From Thermoplasmatota archaeon (GTDB lineage Archaea > Thermoplasmatota > E2 > JACPAO01 > JAHFTW01): a stretch of 64,000 bases of DNA. The position numbers and the translations under genes are program-made. The stretch is taken from NCBI GenBank assembly GCA_041601615.1, contig JBFIHX010000007.1:32001-96000 (forward strand), given 5' to 3'. Under the pieces are notes generated by a model. The model was not told the origin of the DNA, ran no database searches, and worked only from the letters and a program-made list of their open reading frames with translations. The first letter of the stretch is position 1; each line of letters opens with the position of its first letter. This document shows positions 9,658 through 18,897 of this stretch, in pieces.

Positions 9658-9837
9658 ATGCAGCGCGCTTGCAAGAACGATCACTTCCTCACCGAGGAAG
9701 CCATCTGTCCCCTCTGCGGCGGACCCACCAGCAAGAACTGGAGCGGCATCCTGACCATCATCGACGTAGAAAACAGCCAGATGGCTGAAGCGATGAACGT
9801 CACGAAACCCGGCAGCTACGCCCTCAAGGTCCGGTAG
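9658..9837 (+). CDS. spt4: Transcription elongation factor Spt4 (RpoE'')
   Basis: Not in the ORF track; my translation MQRACKNDHFLTEEAICPLCGGPTSKNWSG...PGSYALKVR; canonical position after rpoE1. Confidence 0.93.
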   Translation: MQRACKNDHFLTEEAICPLCGGPTSKNWSGILTIIDVENSQMAEAMNVTKPGSYALKVR

Positions 9838-9841
9838 TCCC

Positions 9842-10030
9842 ATGACGACTACCCTAGAGTCGGTCCCCAAGCTCGTCAAGGCACTGCCCGACGACGCCAA
9901 GGCCCTCTGGGTCGAGGAATACAACCGCGATTTCGCCTGGCGCTGCAGCGAATCCCACGCCGAAAAGGCCGCCTGGCTTGCCGTGCGCCAATCCTACAAA
10001 CAGGACGGCGACGCATGGTCGCGCCGGTAG
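9842..10030 (+). CDS. chaB: ChaB family protein
   Basis: LPDDAKALW...YN...AEKAAWLAVRQSY...W matches the ChaB pattern. Confidence 0.75.
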   Translation: MTTTLESVPKLVKALPDDAKALWVEEYNRDFAWRCSESHAEKAAWLAVRQSYKQDGDAWSRR

Positions 10031-10578
10031 CCGACGCCTCCACCAACCCAGACCTGCGGCCCACGCGAGCCTACGCACTGCCCATGGCTTTGCGTCATCG
10101 CTTTGCCGAGCCTTGGGGCCCGGTCCTCTCCACGAAGGAACTTGCTGAAGCACTTGGACCAGGCGACGTGCTGGTGGCCGTGGGCGATGTGGTAAGCCTT
10201 ACGCTGAAGGACCTTGGGCACACGCCTCGACTTATCGTGGTGGATTACAAGACCCAGCGCGGCGACGAAGACCCCGCGTTGCTTGCCGCGCTAGGATCGT
10301 GGGGAACCCGAGAAATCCGTGTCATCAACCCGGCAGCACAACTCACCCGAGACGCCTGGACCGCCGTGCGCCGCGCCATGCTGCTTGAAACCGGCGGCCC
10401 CGTGCGCATCGTCGTGGAAGGTGAAGAGGACATGGTGGGCCTTGCGTGCTTCTTGGAGGCGCCACTCGGAGCGAAGGTGATGTACGGAGTCCCCGGGTGC
10501 GGCGTTTGCCTCGTGGAGGTCTCCGAAGGCGTTCGCCAGCGATTGCGTGCATTGGTTGCCGACCTCGATTCCATTTGA
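10015..10578 (+). CDS. GTP-dependent dephospho-CoA kinase (DUF359)
   Basis: VGDVVS, VDYKTQR, NPAA, VEGEED, YGVP; conserved rpoE/spt4 neighbourhood. Confidence 0.9.
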   Translation: MVAPVADASTNPDLRPTRAYALPMALRHRFAEPWGPVLSTKELAEALGPGDVLVAVGDVVSLTLKDLGHTPRLIVVDYKTQRGDEDPALLAALGSWGTREIRVINPAAQLTRDAWTAVRRAMLLETGGPVRIVVEGEEDMVGLACFLEAPLGAKVMYGVPGCGVCLVEVSEGVRQRLRALVADLDSI

Positions 10579-10738
10579 GGCATGTGTTTTTCATCCCCGT
10601 GATTTCATAATTCTAATATCTTGCGAAGAGGCCTCATTTCTACTGGTTCGCTCATTCAAATGCCAAATGAGAAGGATACGTTCCAACGAGATAACCAGCC
10701 GCACGGGCTTTGTAGTAGCCTCGACTCCGGAGCAATCG

Positions 10739-11776
10739 ATGAAGCGTTCATGGTTCCTCCTAGGAGCACTCTTGCTCCTAGCAACCGCCTCCGCGCAGAC
10801 GCCCGCCGCCTACCCCGTGGTTGAATCGACGCTCTACCTCAGCCAAGCCACGGCCGACGTTCCCGGCTTCGGCACCGTGCTTTTGATGGGCCCCGACGCG
10901 CCACAAGGAGCCGCTCCCGCCGGAGGCGCCACGCCCTACGCGCCCCTTCTGGACGTACTCGGCGTCGAAGACGGAACGCTTCTCTGGATGTACCCAGACA
11001 CCCCCACTGTCGACCTCGAAATGGTCGGCGATGTGGAATTCACACTCGAATACAGCCTCACCGTCGAAGCCGCCGCGGACCGCGTCGTGCGCCTCCTGGC
11101 AGCCGGCCCCAACGGCGAATTGGTGCAACTTGGCGAAGCTCGCCGCCAAACCTCCGCCCCCGACCTGCTTCCCTCCACAGAAACCTTCCACATCCCCACC
11201 CACGGCCAAATCATCCCCGCCGGCCACCGCATCGCTCTGGAGATCTCCATTGAAGGCACCTCCATGCTTGGCATCATCACCTTCGGCAACACCGGCAGCA
11301 CCAGCGCCATCGACCGCATCTCCCTCCGCGTCCTCGACTCGGACCACGACGGCGTCGGCGACACCCTCGAACGCATCCTGGGCACCGACCCCTTCCACGC
11401 CACCCCAACCCCAACCTGGACCGACACCGACGGCGACGGACTGCCCAACACCGTCGAAATCGGCATCGGAACCGACCCCGCCAACCCTGACACGGACGGC
11501 GACGGATTTGGCGACGGCACAGAGGTAGCCGCCGGCTCCAACCCCAACGACCCCAACAGCACACCCTGGGACCGCGACAACGACGGCGCCCCCGATCTAC
11601 TTCCTGACGCCCTAGACAACGGCACGCCGAGCAGCTCCCCCGGAGGCCCCTCGCTCACTGGAGACCTAGGCTCGAACACGCCGGACCTCACCGGCACCGG
11701 ACCCATGCTCGGAGGCGCACTCGCCGCCACCAGCCTCGGGTTCGCCGCACACGCACTCGGGAGGACCCGACCATGA
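10739..11776 (+). CDS. Secreted/anchored protein with Ca-binding DxDxDG (TSP3-like) repeats
   Basis: Signal peptide MKRSW...ASA; DSDHDG, DTDGDG x2, DRDNDG; hydrophobic C-terminus. Confidence 0.75.
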   Translation: MKRSWFLLGALLLLATASAQTPAAYPVVESTLYLSQATADVPGFGTVLLMGPDAPQGAAPAGGATPYAPLLDVLGVEDGTLLWMYPDTPTVDLEMVGDVEFTLEYSLTVEAAADRVVRLLAAGPNGELVQLGEARRQTSAPDLLPSTETFHIPTHGQIIPAGHRIALEISIEGTSMLGIITFGNTGSTSAIDRISLRVLDSDHDGVGDTLERILGTDPFHATPTPTWTDTDGDGLPNTVEIGIGTDPANPDTDGDGFGDGTEVAAGSNPNDPNSTPWDRDNDGAPDLLPDALDNGTPSSSPGGPSLTGDLGSNTPDLTGTGPMLGGALAATSLGFAAHALGRTRP

Positions 11777-12453
11777 ACAAATACACCCTGTACCACCGCA
11801 TCGCCGCAGCCATCAGCCTCGCCCTGTTCGCCCTCATGATCTGGGACCACTTCGGCAACGACGGCAACTGGCTCGTCCCGCTCGTCATCCTGTTTGCGCT
11901 GCACATCCTGATCCAATTCCTGGTCATCATCAGCATGCGCGTCACGAACACCGAGTACATCCCTGCCCCCGTGCCAACCCCCGCGCCCGAGCCGGCCCCC
12001 GAGGCTGAGGAAGACGACGGCCCCTTCCGCTACGGCGACTACACCCTCTACGCCACGAAGACCCAAGACAAAGGCGGCAACTCCCGCTTGTTCTACTTCT
12101 TCAGCAAGCGCATCCCCCGCAAGGGCGCCCCCGTGGCCAAACCCGCCGGACACCACGTCGGCGTCAACAAAATCACCGGCCTGCCCTTCCTGAAGCGCGG
12201 CGCCGGAGCCGATGGCGAGGTGCTCAAGGACGTAACTCCGCACGTCGCCAAGCAGTGCCAAGCCCTCACCGCCGCCGGTGGCCAATGCCGCAATTCCGGC
12301 CGCGTCGACAGCAAATACTGCGCCAGCCACAAAGGCTACCGCCCGCCTGCCGCCGACTCCGTCACCATGGAAAGCGACACCACGCCACGCAACCGCAAAG
12401 CCGTCGACACCGTGCCCAGCACCCGCAAGAGTACGTCCAACCCGCCCTCCTAA
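11773..12453 (+). CDS. Membrane protein with YFFSK/TGLPFLK domain and CCCH-type Zn finger
   Basis: 2 TM, Pro-rich linker, YTLY..YFFSK..VNKITGLPFLK, CQALT..GGQCRN..YCASH; ATGA overlap with upstream gene. Confidence 0.7.
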   Translation: MNKYTLYHRIAAAISLALFALMIWDHFGNDGNWLVPLVILFALHILIQFLVIISMRVTNTEYIPAPVPTPAPEPAPEAEEDDGPFRYGDYTLYATKTQDKGGNSRLFYFFSKRIPRKGAPVAKPAGHHVGVNKITGLPFLKRGAGADGEVLKDVTPHVAKQCQALTAAGGQCRNSGRVDSKYCASHKGYRPPAADSVTMESDTTPRNRKAVDTVPSTRKSTSNPPS

Positions 12454-12533
12454 ACAGGCACGAAACGTTGAATAACGAGCACGGCTGGGCGACCCTGTCC
12501 TACCTGGGACGCCCGGCCCCTCGGGGCCTGGTC

Positions 12534-12540
12534 GAGGTGA
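12534..12540 (+). promoter_or_regulatory. Shine-Dalgarno of rps24e
   Basis: GAGGTGA 6 nt upstream of ATG. Confidence 0.7.
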
Positions 12541-12546
12541 ACCATC

Positions 12547-12855
12547 ATGAACATCGAAATCACGAAGAAATTCGACAACGCACTCTTTGGCCGCAAGGAC
12601 ATCGAGTTCGTCCTGCGCCACGACGGCGAACCGACGCCCAACCGCGTCCACATCCGCCAACTCGTCGCCAGCGAAATCGGCAGCAAGACCGAGCACGTCG
12701 TCATCGCCCGCATGCGCAGCGAGACCGGCATCTCCGCCACCCGTGGCATCGCCCGCGCCTACGAGAACGCCGACCTCGCCCGTGCCCAAGAGCGCGTCCA
12801 CTTCCTGAAGCGCAACAACCTCTTCAAGGACCCCAAGAAGGAGGCTGAAGCATGA
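12547..12855 (+). CDS. rps24e: 30S ribosomal protein S24e
   Basis: [29 protein letters not shown]. Confidence 0.95.
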   Translation: MNIEITKKFDNALFGRKDIEFVLRHDGEPTPNRVHIRQLVASEIGSKTEHVVIARMRSETGISATRGIARAYENADLARAQERVHFLKRNNLFKDPKKEAEA

Positions 12856-12998
12856 GCTCCTTCTACCAAATCGACGGCGACAAGCTCGTCCGCCTTCGCC
12901 GCGCCTGCCCCAAGTGCGGCCCCGGAACGTTCCTCGGCAAGCACAAGGACCGCGAAGCCTGCGGCAAGTGCGGCTTCACCGAGTTCAACACCGCCTAA
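12852..12998 (+). CDS. rps27ae: 30S ribosomal protein S27ae
   Basis: Not in the ORF track; [48 protein letters not shown]; ATGA overlap with rps24e. Confidence 0.96.
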   Translation: MSSFYQIDGDKLVRLRRACPKCGPGTFLGKHKDREACGKCGFTEFNTA

Positions 12999-13146
12999 GC
13001 GGTCCAATTCGGGCGCTGCCCGCCTCCTCCATCCTTCTTCTTCCTTTTCCTTTTGAAGCCAAGGCCTCGTTTGGATGCCCTTGGCGCTTTGACAAAAACC
13101 CTGGTTTTTCAGGGCCATAAAGCCGACGATTCCTGGAGACTATGGT

Positions 13147-13249
13147 TTCGCCCCGGGTCGTCGGCCGTAGGCCGGCGGCCCCTCCGGGGTACTCCGAGGG
13201 CGCGAAGGGCCCTAGGGGCGTAATCCGAGGGCGCGAAGGGCCCTAGGGG
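13147..13249 (+). repeat. Dispersed multi-hairpin palindromic element, copy 1
   Basis: gggtcgtcggcc-gta-ggccggcggccc followed by 2x (gta[a/c]tccgagggcgcgaagggccctagggg). Confidence 0.85.
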
Positions 13250-13252
13250 AGG

Positions 13253-13397
13253 CAAACTCGTCCGCCTACGCCGCGCCTGCCCCAAGTGCGGCCCCGGCAC
13301 GTTCCTCGGCAAGCACAAGGACCGCGAAGCCTGCGGCAAGTGCGGCTTCACCGAGTTCAACACCGCCTAAGCGGTCCCATTCGGGCGCTGCCCGCCT
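13253..13397 (+). pseudogene. rps27ae: Duplicated 3' part of rps27ae plus 27 nt downstream; no start codon
   Basis: 145-bp direct repeat of 12881..13025 with 4 mismatches; in-frame TAA at 13221 upstream. Confidence 0.9.
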
Positions 13398-13485
13398 TTC
13401 CTTCCTTATTCTCTCCTCTTTTGCCGTACTTTTTGTCGCCCCGGTCTAGGAAATCCTTGAAACGGAGCCCCCGCGTCGCGCGCGC

Positions 13486-14922
13486 ATGCTCGGACGCACC
13501 ACCACACTCCTAGCCCTCGCACTCACCGCCACCACCCTGGCCGGATGCGTCGGCGACAGCACCGACAACCTCGACGCCAACCTCGGCCCCGCCCTGCTGG
13601 ACGCCGGCCTCAACTTCGCCCACGACGGCTACCCCGGCTTCGGCGTCTCCGCCGCACTCTGGGAAAGCCCCGATGGACGACTGCAAACCCTGCACGACGA
13701 CGGCACCATCCAATGGTTCAAGCCCGCCTACAAGGGCCTCCCCGACGTCCTCACCCGCGTCGAACCCGTCGCCCACGTAGACAACACCACCACCGGCGGC
13801 GGCATCACCGTCTTTGGCCCCCTCGCCTTCATCGGCGGCCGCAGCCAAGGCCCCCTCAGCGTGGTCAGCATCATCGACCCAACCAACCCCGTGGTCATTG
13901 GCACCGCCGAGGATGTCCCCGTGCGCGACGCCGACACCATCCTCTACCCCGGCGGTCAACTCGTTCTCATCACCACCGCCGGCGGCAAGAACATCTTCTC
14001 CACCAACGTCACCGACCCCTGGAACCCCACCCTCGTCGGCAACTACGAAACCCCCGGCGGCAACCACAACATCGCAGTCGTCCCCGGCACCCCCATTGTC
14101 TACAACACCGCCATGGACATCGTCGACTTCAGCGACCCCGCCTCCCCCGTCCTCGTGGGAACCTTCGAAGGCGGCGACGGCTGCCACGACATCGCATTCA
14201 GCATCGACCGCAGCGCCGACCGATTCTGGGCCCTCTGTGCCGGCTACGCGCAAACCGAGATCTGGGACATCCACGACCCTCTGGCCCCAAGCCTTCTGGT
14301 GGCCATCGACTACCCCAGTGTCGACAAGGGCCTCCCCATCGTCGGCGGCGCCCTCGATGACGCCGGCGTACCCCAAGATGTCGCCAGTGCCGCGCCCTGT
14401 GTTCCCGTCGCAGGCGTCTGCCCCAGCGCCGCGTTCCCCCTGAGCTTCAGCCACCTCGCCATCGTCAACCACGACGCCACCGTCCTCATCATGGGCGACG
14501 AAACCGGCGGCGGCGGCATGAACGGCTGCGACTTCTACTACGAAGGTGCCGACGGCCAAACCTACAGCGGCCCCATCGGCAACTTGTGGTTCTACGACAT
14601 CACCGACCCCCAGAACCCCGACCTACGCGGCCACGTCAGCCCCGGCTACCGTGACGCCGACGACACCGACCCCATCAACGGCAGCCCCCTTGGCCAATCC
14701 TGCACTGCGCACTTTGGCCACACCATCGAGGACACTCCGTTCCTCGTCATGGGCTACTACACCGCTGGCGTCGTGCTCGTGGACTTCAGCGACCTCGACA
14801 ACCCCCGCATCATGGACCGCTGGGACGAACAAACCGACATCTGGGATGTGCAATACTACCAGGGCTACCTGTTCACCGGCGACATCGTCCGAGGAATGGA
14901 CGTTCTGAGCTTGTCCGGGTAA
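13486..14922 (+). CDS. LVIVD-repeat beta-propeller lipoprotein
   Basis: Lipobox LAGC; repeated 'IVDFSDPASPVLVG'-type units; His motifs NHN, CHD, FSH, TAH. Confidence 0.8.
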   Translation: MLGRTTTLLALALTATTLAGCVGDSTDNLDANLGPALLDAGLNFAHDGYPGFGVSAALWESPDGRLQTLHDDGTIQWFKPAYKGLPDVLTRVEPVAHVDNTTTGGGITVFGPLAFIGGRSQGPLSVVSIIDPTNPVVIGTAEDVPVRDADTILYPGGQLVLITTAGGKNIFSTNVTDPWNPTLVGNYETPGGNHNIAVVPGTPIVYNTAMDIVDFSDPASPVLVGTFEGGDGCHDIAFSIDRSADRFWALCAGYAQTEIWDIHDPLAPSLLVAIDYPSVDKGLPIVGGALDDAGVPQDVASAAPCVPVAGVCPSAAFPLSFSHLAIVNHDATVLIMGDETGGGGMNGCDFYYEGADGQTYSGPIGNLWFYDITDPQNPDLRGHVSPGYRDADDTDPINGSPLGQSCTAHFGHTIEDTPFLVMGYYTAGVVLVDFSDLDNPRIMDRWDEQTDIWDVQYYQGYLFTGDIVRGMDVLSLSG

Positions 14923-14923
14923 G

Positions 14924-15024
14924 TTCGCCCCGGGTCGTCGGCCAGAGGCCGGCGGCCCTCGGGGGTAATCCGAGGGGGCAGAGCCCCCTAGGGGCGTAAT
15001 ACCGAGGGCGCGAAGGGGCCTAGG
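14924..15024 (+). repeat. Dispersed multi-hairpin palindromic element, copy 2
   Basis: Same first stem with loop aga; first tandem unit is agggggc-aga-gccccct. Confidence 0.85.
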
Positions 15025-15105
15025 CGTGGTTTCACCCACCCTCCTCGGCCGTCCGTCGGCTTTTATAACCGACCTTCGTGCTTTGGACTCGAGGCCCCAC
15101 GCCCC

Positions 15106-16158
15106 TTGTCCGTCGACCCGTTGTGGTATCAAACTGCTGGCCTGATCGCGCTGATTGGAGCTTCTGCGTTCTTTTCCATGTCGGAGACCGCTTTGATTTC
15201 GGCGGATCGCTTTGAGCTGCACGACCGCGTGGCCAAGGGAAGCCGTCGAGCCAAGCGCTTGGAGGCGATGCTGGATGAGCCGGAACGGCTCTTGACGACG
15301 ATTTTGCTGGGCAACAACCTCGTGAATATCGCGGCCACGGCGCTTGCCACGAGCATGGCGTTGGGCTTGTTTGGCTCCTACGCGGTGGCTATCAGCACGG
15401 GCGTCATGACGTTCGTGGTGCTGGTGTTTGCGGAGATTACGCCCAAGAGCATCGCGGTGCGCCAAAGCCTGGATCTTGCACTGCGAGTTTCGGCGCCGCT
15501 GCGCATTTTTGAAAGTGTGTTGTGGCCGTTCGTGCGCATGTTCACGGCGATTGCCAAGGTCCTGTTGCTGCTGATCGGCATCAAGACCGACGAGCGTACC
15601 CCGTTCGTGACGCAGGCGCAGATCGAGGGCTTGGTGCGCATGGGGGCCAAGGAAGGCGAGGTCGAGCAATTCGAGCAGCAGGTCATCAGTGAGGTGTTCG
15701 AGTTTACGGACACGGACATCCACGAGATCATGACGCCCGTGGAAATCGTGCAGTACGTGCACAAGAGTGCGGCGATGCGCGAGGCGCTGGAATTGTCGGC
15801 GCGCACCGGACACAGTCGTTTGCCTGTGGTGGATGGCGATTTCAATCAAGTGCTCGGTTTCGTCCATGTCAAGGATTTGCTGAAGTTCACGGACGAGGAA
15901 TTGAGCCTGGAGCCGGTGACGGACATCCTGCGTTCGGTGTTGTTTGTTCGCCACGACGCCCACAGCGACAAGGTCCTGGTGCGCATGCAGCGCGAGCACA
16001 AGTTGATGGCCATCATCCAGGATGAAGAGGGCCGGAACATCGGCATTGCCACCGCCGAGGATTTGCTGGAGGAATTGGTGGGCGAGATTACGGACGAATT
16101 CGATACGGCGATTCGGCCGCGTGGGTCGCGCTACGATGTGCGTAAGGATTCGAGCTAG
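15106..16158 (+). CDS. CNNM/DUF21-CBS (hemolysin/CorB-like) membrane protein
   Basis: FFSMSETAL, LLGNNLVNI, FAEITPK, HSRLPV, EDLLEELVGEI. Confidence 0.92.
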   Translation: MSVDPLWYQTAGLIALIGASAFFSMSETALISADRFELHDRVAKGSRRAKRLEAMLDEPERLLTTILLGNNLVNIAATALATSMALGLFGSYAVAISTGVMTFVVLVFAEITPKSIAVRQSLDLALRVSAPLRIFESVLWPFVRMFTAIAKVLLLLIGIKTDERTPFVTQAQIEGLVRMGAKEGEVEQFEQQVISEVFEFTDTDIHEIMTPVEIVQYVHKSAAMREALELSARTGHSRLPVVDGDFNQVLGFVHVKDLLKFTDEELSLEPVTDILRSVLFVRHDAHSDKVLVRMQREHKLMAIIQDEEGRNIGIATAEDLLEELVGEITDEFDTAIRPRGSRYDVRKDSS

Positions 16159-18089
16159 GCGACTTCCGCTTTCGCCATCGGCGGCGCCGTGATGACGGCC
16201 GCGGCGGCCCAGCGCTGCAGGCTGGAGTAGTAGGGGTTGTCGAGGGAGTTCTGGACGAAGTCGCGGGGGCCGAGGATGATGAGCAGGTCTTGGGCTCGGG
16301 TGAGGCTGACGTTGAGGCGCCGGTGGTCTTCGTGGGGTTTGGCGGGGCGGCGGGTGGTGAGGTCGTAGACGATGACGCGGCGTTCGCTGCCTTGGAATGC
16401 GTCGACGGTGCTGGCGGTGATGCGGCCCCAGATGTCTGCGCGTTTTTCGCGTACGGCGCGGTCTTTGAATTCCTGGGTCTGGGCCTTGAAGGGGCTGATG
16501 TAGCCGATTTGTTCGGGGGGGATGCGTTGTTCGAGGAGGCCTCGAATGATTTCGTAGGCGACGGTGAGGTTGGTTTCGTTGATGCGGCTGGTTTTGATGC
16601 GGCGGTCTGCTTCTCGCAGGCGGCTGGTGTCGACCCAGGCGACGGGTCCGACGAGTTGCCCGAGCACTTTGGGAATGTCGGCAGCGCTGCCGCGTCGGCT
16701 TTCGACTTTGCTGTTGTAGACGGCGTCGGCGCTCCAGCTGTAGATTGCGGGGTCGCAGCGAAATTGTTCGTCGAGCATGACGCTGAGGTCGGGCCGCATC
16801 ATTTGCAGGACTTCGAAGTGGCTGCGTTTGTAGTGGGCGTCGTCTTTGTAGCTCCAGGCGCGGATGATGGGGGGCAGTTGCATGGGGTCGCCAACCAGCA
16901 CCATGCGTTTGCCGGCGGCGCGGGCTACGGCGATTTTGGGGAATGCGTTCATGCCGGCTTCGTCGACGACGACGTGGTCGAAGGGGCGGATTTCTTGGTC
17001 GAGTCGTTCGGCGTTGACGAGGGCGCAGGCGAGGGCGTCGAGGGTCATGCCGACGATGGGGGTGTCGCGGGTGATGCTCTCGAAGAGGGGGATGGCGTCT
17101 TCGTCTTCGGGGTCCATCCAGTAGCCGCCCATGGTTTTGTTCCAGGGCAGCAAGTCGGCGCTGACGTTGCGGCCTTCGCCGAGGCGCACCATTTTGCTGA
17201 CGAGTTTGCGGTCGCCTTGGACGGCTTTGCGCATGGCGTTGTCGATGGCGACGTGGGTGTGGCTGGCGATGAGCACGGATTCGCCGCGTTTGGCGGCTTC
17301 ACTGATGAAGCGGGCGATGACGGTGGTTTTTCCGGTGCCGGGTGGGCCTTGGATGAGGGTGAGGCCGCCAAGCGGGGAGCGGAGCATTTTGCGCAGGGCT
17401 TCGGCTTGGGCGGGGCGGAGGCCTTCGTCGCGGACGGGGGCGCCGGTGTCGGCGGGGAGATTGGGGAGGCGGGCGGGGTGTAGGAGTTCTGTGAGGCCGT
17501 GGTCCCATTTTCGGCACACGAGGAACGCCTTCAGCAGGTTGCGGTAGAGGGTCGCGTTGGTGGTGGGCGACAGTTTCAGTTGGGTTCCTTGGGATAGTTC
17601 TGCCCACGTTGGGTCGTCGGCTTCGATGTCCAGTACGCTGCCGGCGCGTTGCTCCACTTTGACGTTGACGGTGTCGGCGCGAGCGCCTTTGGCTTTCTTT
17701 TCGAGGCTGCCTTCGAGCCGGGCGCCTTTGGGTACGCGGCGCGGGTCGCCTTGCATCACTTGGACGCGCAAAATGGCCGCTTCCACTTCGCGGCGGGCTT
17801 CTTCGACGACGACAGTGAGGATGTCTTCGTCATCGACACCTTCCTTTTCCTCCACCATGATTTCTTCTTGGAGGCACTTCAAGTGGTCCTTGAGGGACGG
17901 TACGCGAGGATCGGTGAGGGGGCGGGAGTCGAGGGCGTGGCATTTCGTGCACGCGGTGACGAAACTTGGCCCGAACTGGGTCCATTCGGTGGTGGCCCCG
18001 CACCGGTGGCATCCCAACGGGTCGGCGGAGGAGGGGGTGGTTCTTGGGCGTTGGGTTGGCGGCCAAGCCCAGTTGGGCAACTGGTGCAA
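16155..18089 (-). CDS. Superfamily 1 helicase, DNA2/NAM7 (Upf1-like), with N-terminal Zn ribbon
   Basis: QGPPGTGKT, VVDEAG, VGDPMQLPP, EQFR, TVDAFQGSE, RRLNVSLTRA; start uncertain. Confidence 0.9.
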   Translation of the reverse strand: MHQLPNWAWPPTQRPRTTPSSADPLGCHRCGATTEWTQFGPSFVTACTKCHALDSRPLTDPRVPSLKDHLKCLQEEIMVEEKEGVDDEDILTVVVEEARREVEAAILRVQVMQGDPRRVPKGARLEGSLEKKAKGARADTVNVKVEQRAGSVLDIEADDPTWAELSQGTQLKLSPTTNATLYRNLLKAFLVCRKWDHGLTELLHPARLPNLPADTGAPVRDEGLRPAQAEALRKMLRSPLGGLTLIQGPPGTGKTTVIARFISEAAKRGESVLIASHTHVAIDNAMRKAVQGDRKLVSKMVRLGEGRNVSADLLPWNKTMGGYWMDPEDEDAIPLFESITRDTPIVGMTLDALACALVNAERLDQEIRPFDHVVVDEAGMNAFPKIAVARAAGKRMVLVGDPMQLPPIIRAWSYKDDAHYKRSHFEVLQMMRPDLSVMLDEQFRCDPAIYSWSADAVYNSKVESRRGSAADIPKVLGQLVGPVAWVDTSRLREADRRIKTSRINETNLTVAYEIIRGLLEQRIPPEQIGYISPFKAQTQEFKDRAVREKRADIWGRITASTVDAFQGSERRVIVYDLTTRRPAKPHEDHRRLNVSLTRAQDLLIILGPRDFVQNSLDNPYYSSLQRWAAAAVITAPPMAKAEVA

Positions 18090-18178
18090 GAATCAAAGGG
18101 GTGGTGGAGCAGCTACGCATGGCGGGGGGCGAAGGGGGCAGAGGAAGAGGGGTACTGTCTGGCGCAGGAGCGCGGTGC

Positions 18179-18520
18179 CTAGGTCTGTGCTGTGACGGGC
18201 AGAATGCAGTAGATTTGCTTGAAGCCGAACCAGAGTTGGCACTCTTCGCGGGGGGCCCAGCAGACGCCGGGCCACTCGGGGGCCGCGCTGGAGCAGGTGC
18301 CGATGTAGGGGACGAGGCAGTGTTGGTTGCCGCCTCCGAGGCCCACGTAGACGTCGCAGTCGTCGTAGTCGTCGGGGTCGTAACAGACACCTGGTAGTTC
18401 AGGGCCCTCGTCGCCGATGCAGAAGATGGGCGATTCGTGGTGGGCGGACGCGGCAGGGGCTGCAAAGACGGTTGCGGCCAGCAAGCAGGCAAGGATGGTG
18501 GTGGGGGTGCGGGTGTTCAT
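18179..18520 (-). CDS. Small secreted Cys-rich repeat protein A
   Basis: Signal peptide ..APAASA; two 4-Cys modules (PELPGVC / PEWPGVC). Confidence 0.8.
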   Translation of the reverse strand: MNTRTPTTILACLLAATVFAAPAASAHHESPIFCIGDEGPELPGVCYDPDDYDDCDVYVGLGGGNQHCLVPYIGTCSSAAPEWPGVCWAPREECQLWFGFKQIYCILPVTAQT

Positions 18521-18528
18521 GGATGCTC

Positions 18529-18897
18529 CTAGGTCAGGCAGGTGTTTCCGGGGTTCTGGTAGGTGCGGTAGTACCAGACCTGGCAGGTGTCGCGGCTTAG
18601 GTCGTAGCAGATGCCTTGGTCGATGTCGGGGCCGACGAAGAGTTGGATGCAGGTTTCGTCAGGTGCGCCGCGGTGGGTGATTGGTTTGGCGACGTAGCAG
18701 GTGTCGTTGCCGAATTTGTTGTACCAGAGGACGATGCAGTCGGCAGAGGGGTCGATGCAGTAGCCTTGGTCGATGTCTGGGCCGACGAGCACTTGGCGGC
18801 ACTGGGGCCAGGGGTCTACGGCCTGGGCCGAGGGTGCTAGGGCCAGGAGGGCGGTGGCGGCCAGGATGCTTGCGAGGAGGATGGCTCTTGCCTTCAT
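18529..18897 (-). CDS. Small secreted Cys-rich repeat protein B
   Basis: Signal peptide ..APSAQA; two 4-Cys modules with GPDIDQG. Confidence 0.85.
   Translation of the reverse strand: MKARAILLASILAATALLALAPSAQAVDPWPQCRQVLVGPDIDQGYCIDPSADCIVLWYNKFGNDTCYVAKPITHRGAPDETCIQLFVGPDIDQGICYDLSRDTCQVWYYRTYQNPGNTCLT

Noticed and set aside
13147-13249. Mini CRISPR array
   Set aside because: The tandem ~30-nt units abut without unique spacers; no cas genes.
12881-13397. Diversity-generating retroelement TR/VR pair (also considered for 57752..58027)
   Set aside because: Mismatches are not confined to adenines of one copy, are mostly synonymous, and no reverse transcriptase is in the window.
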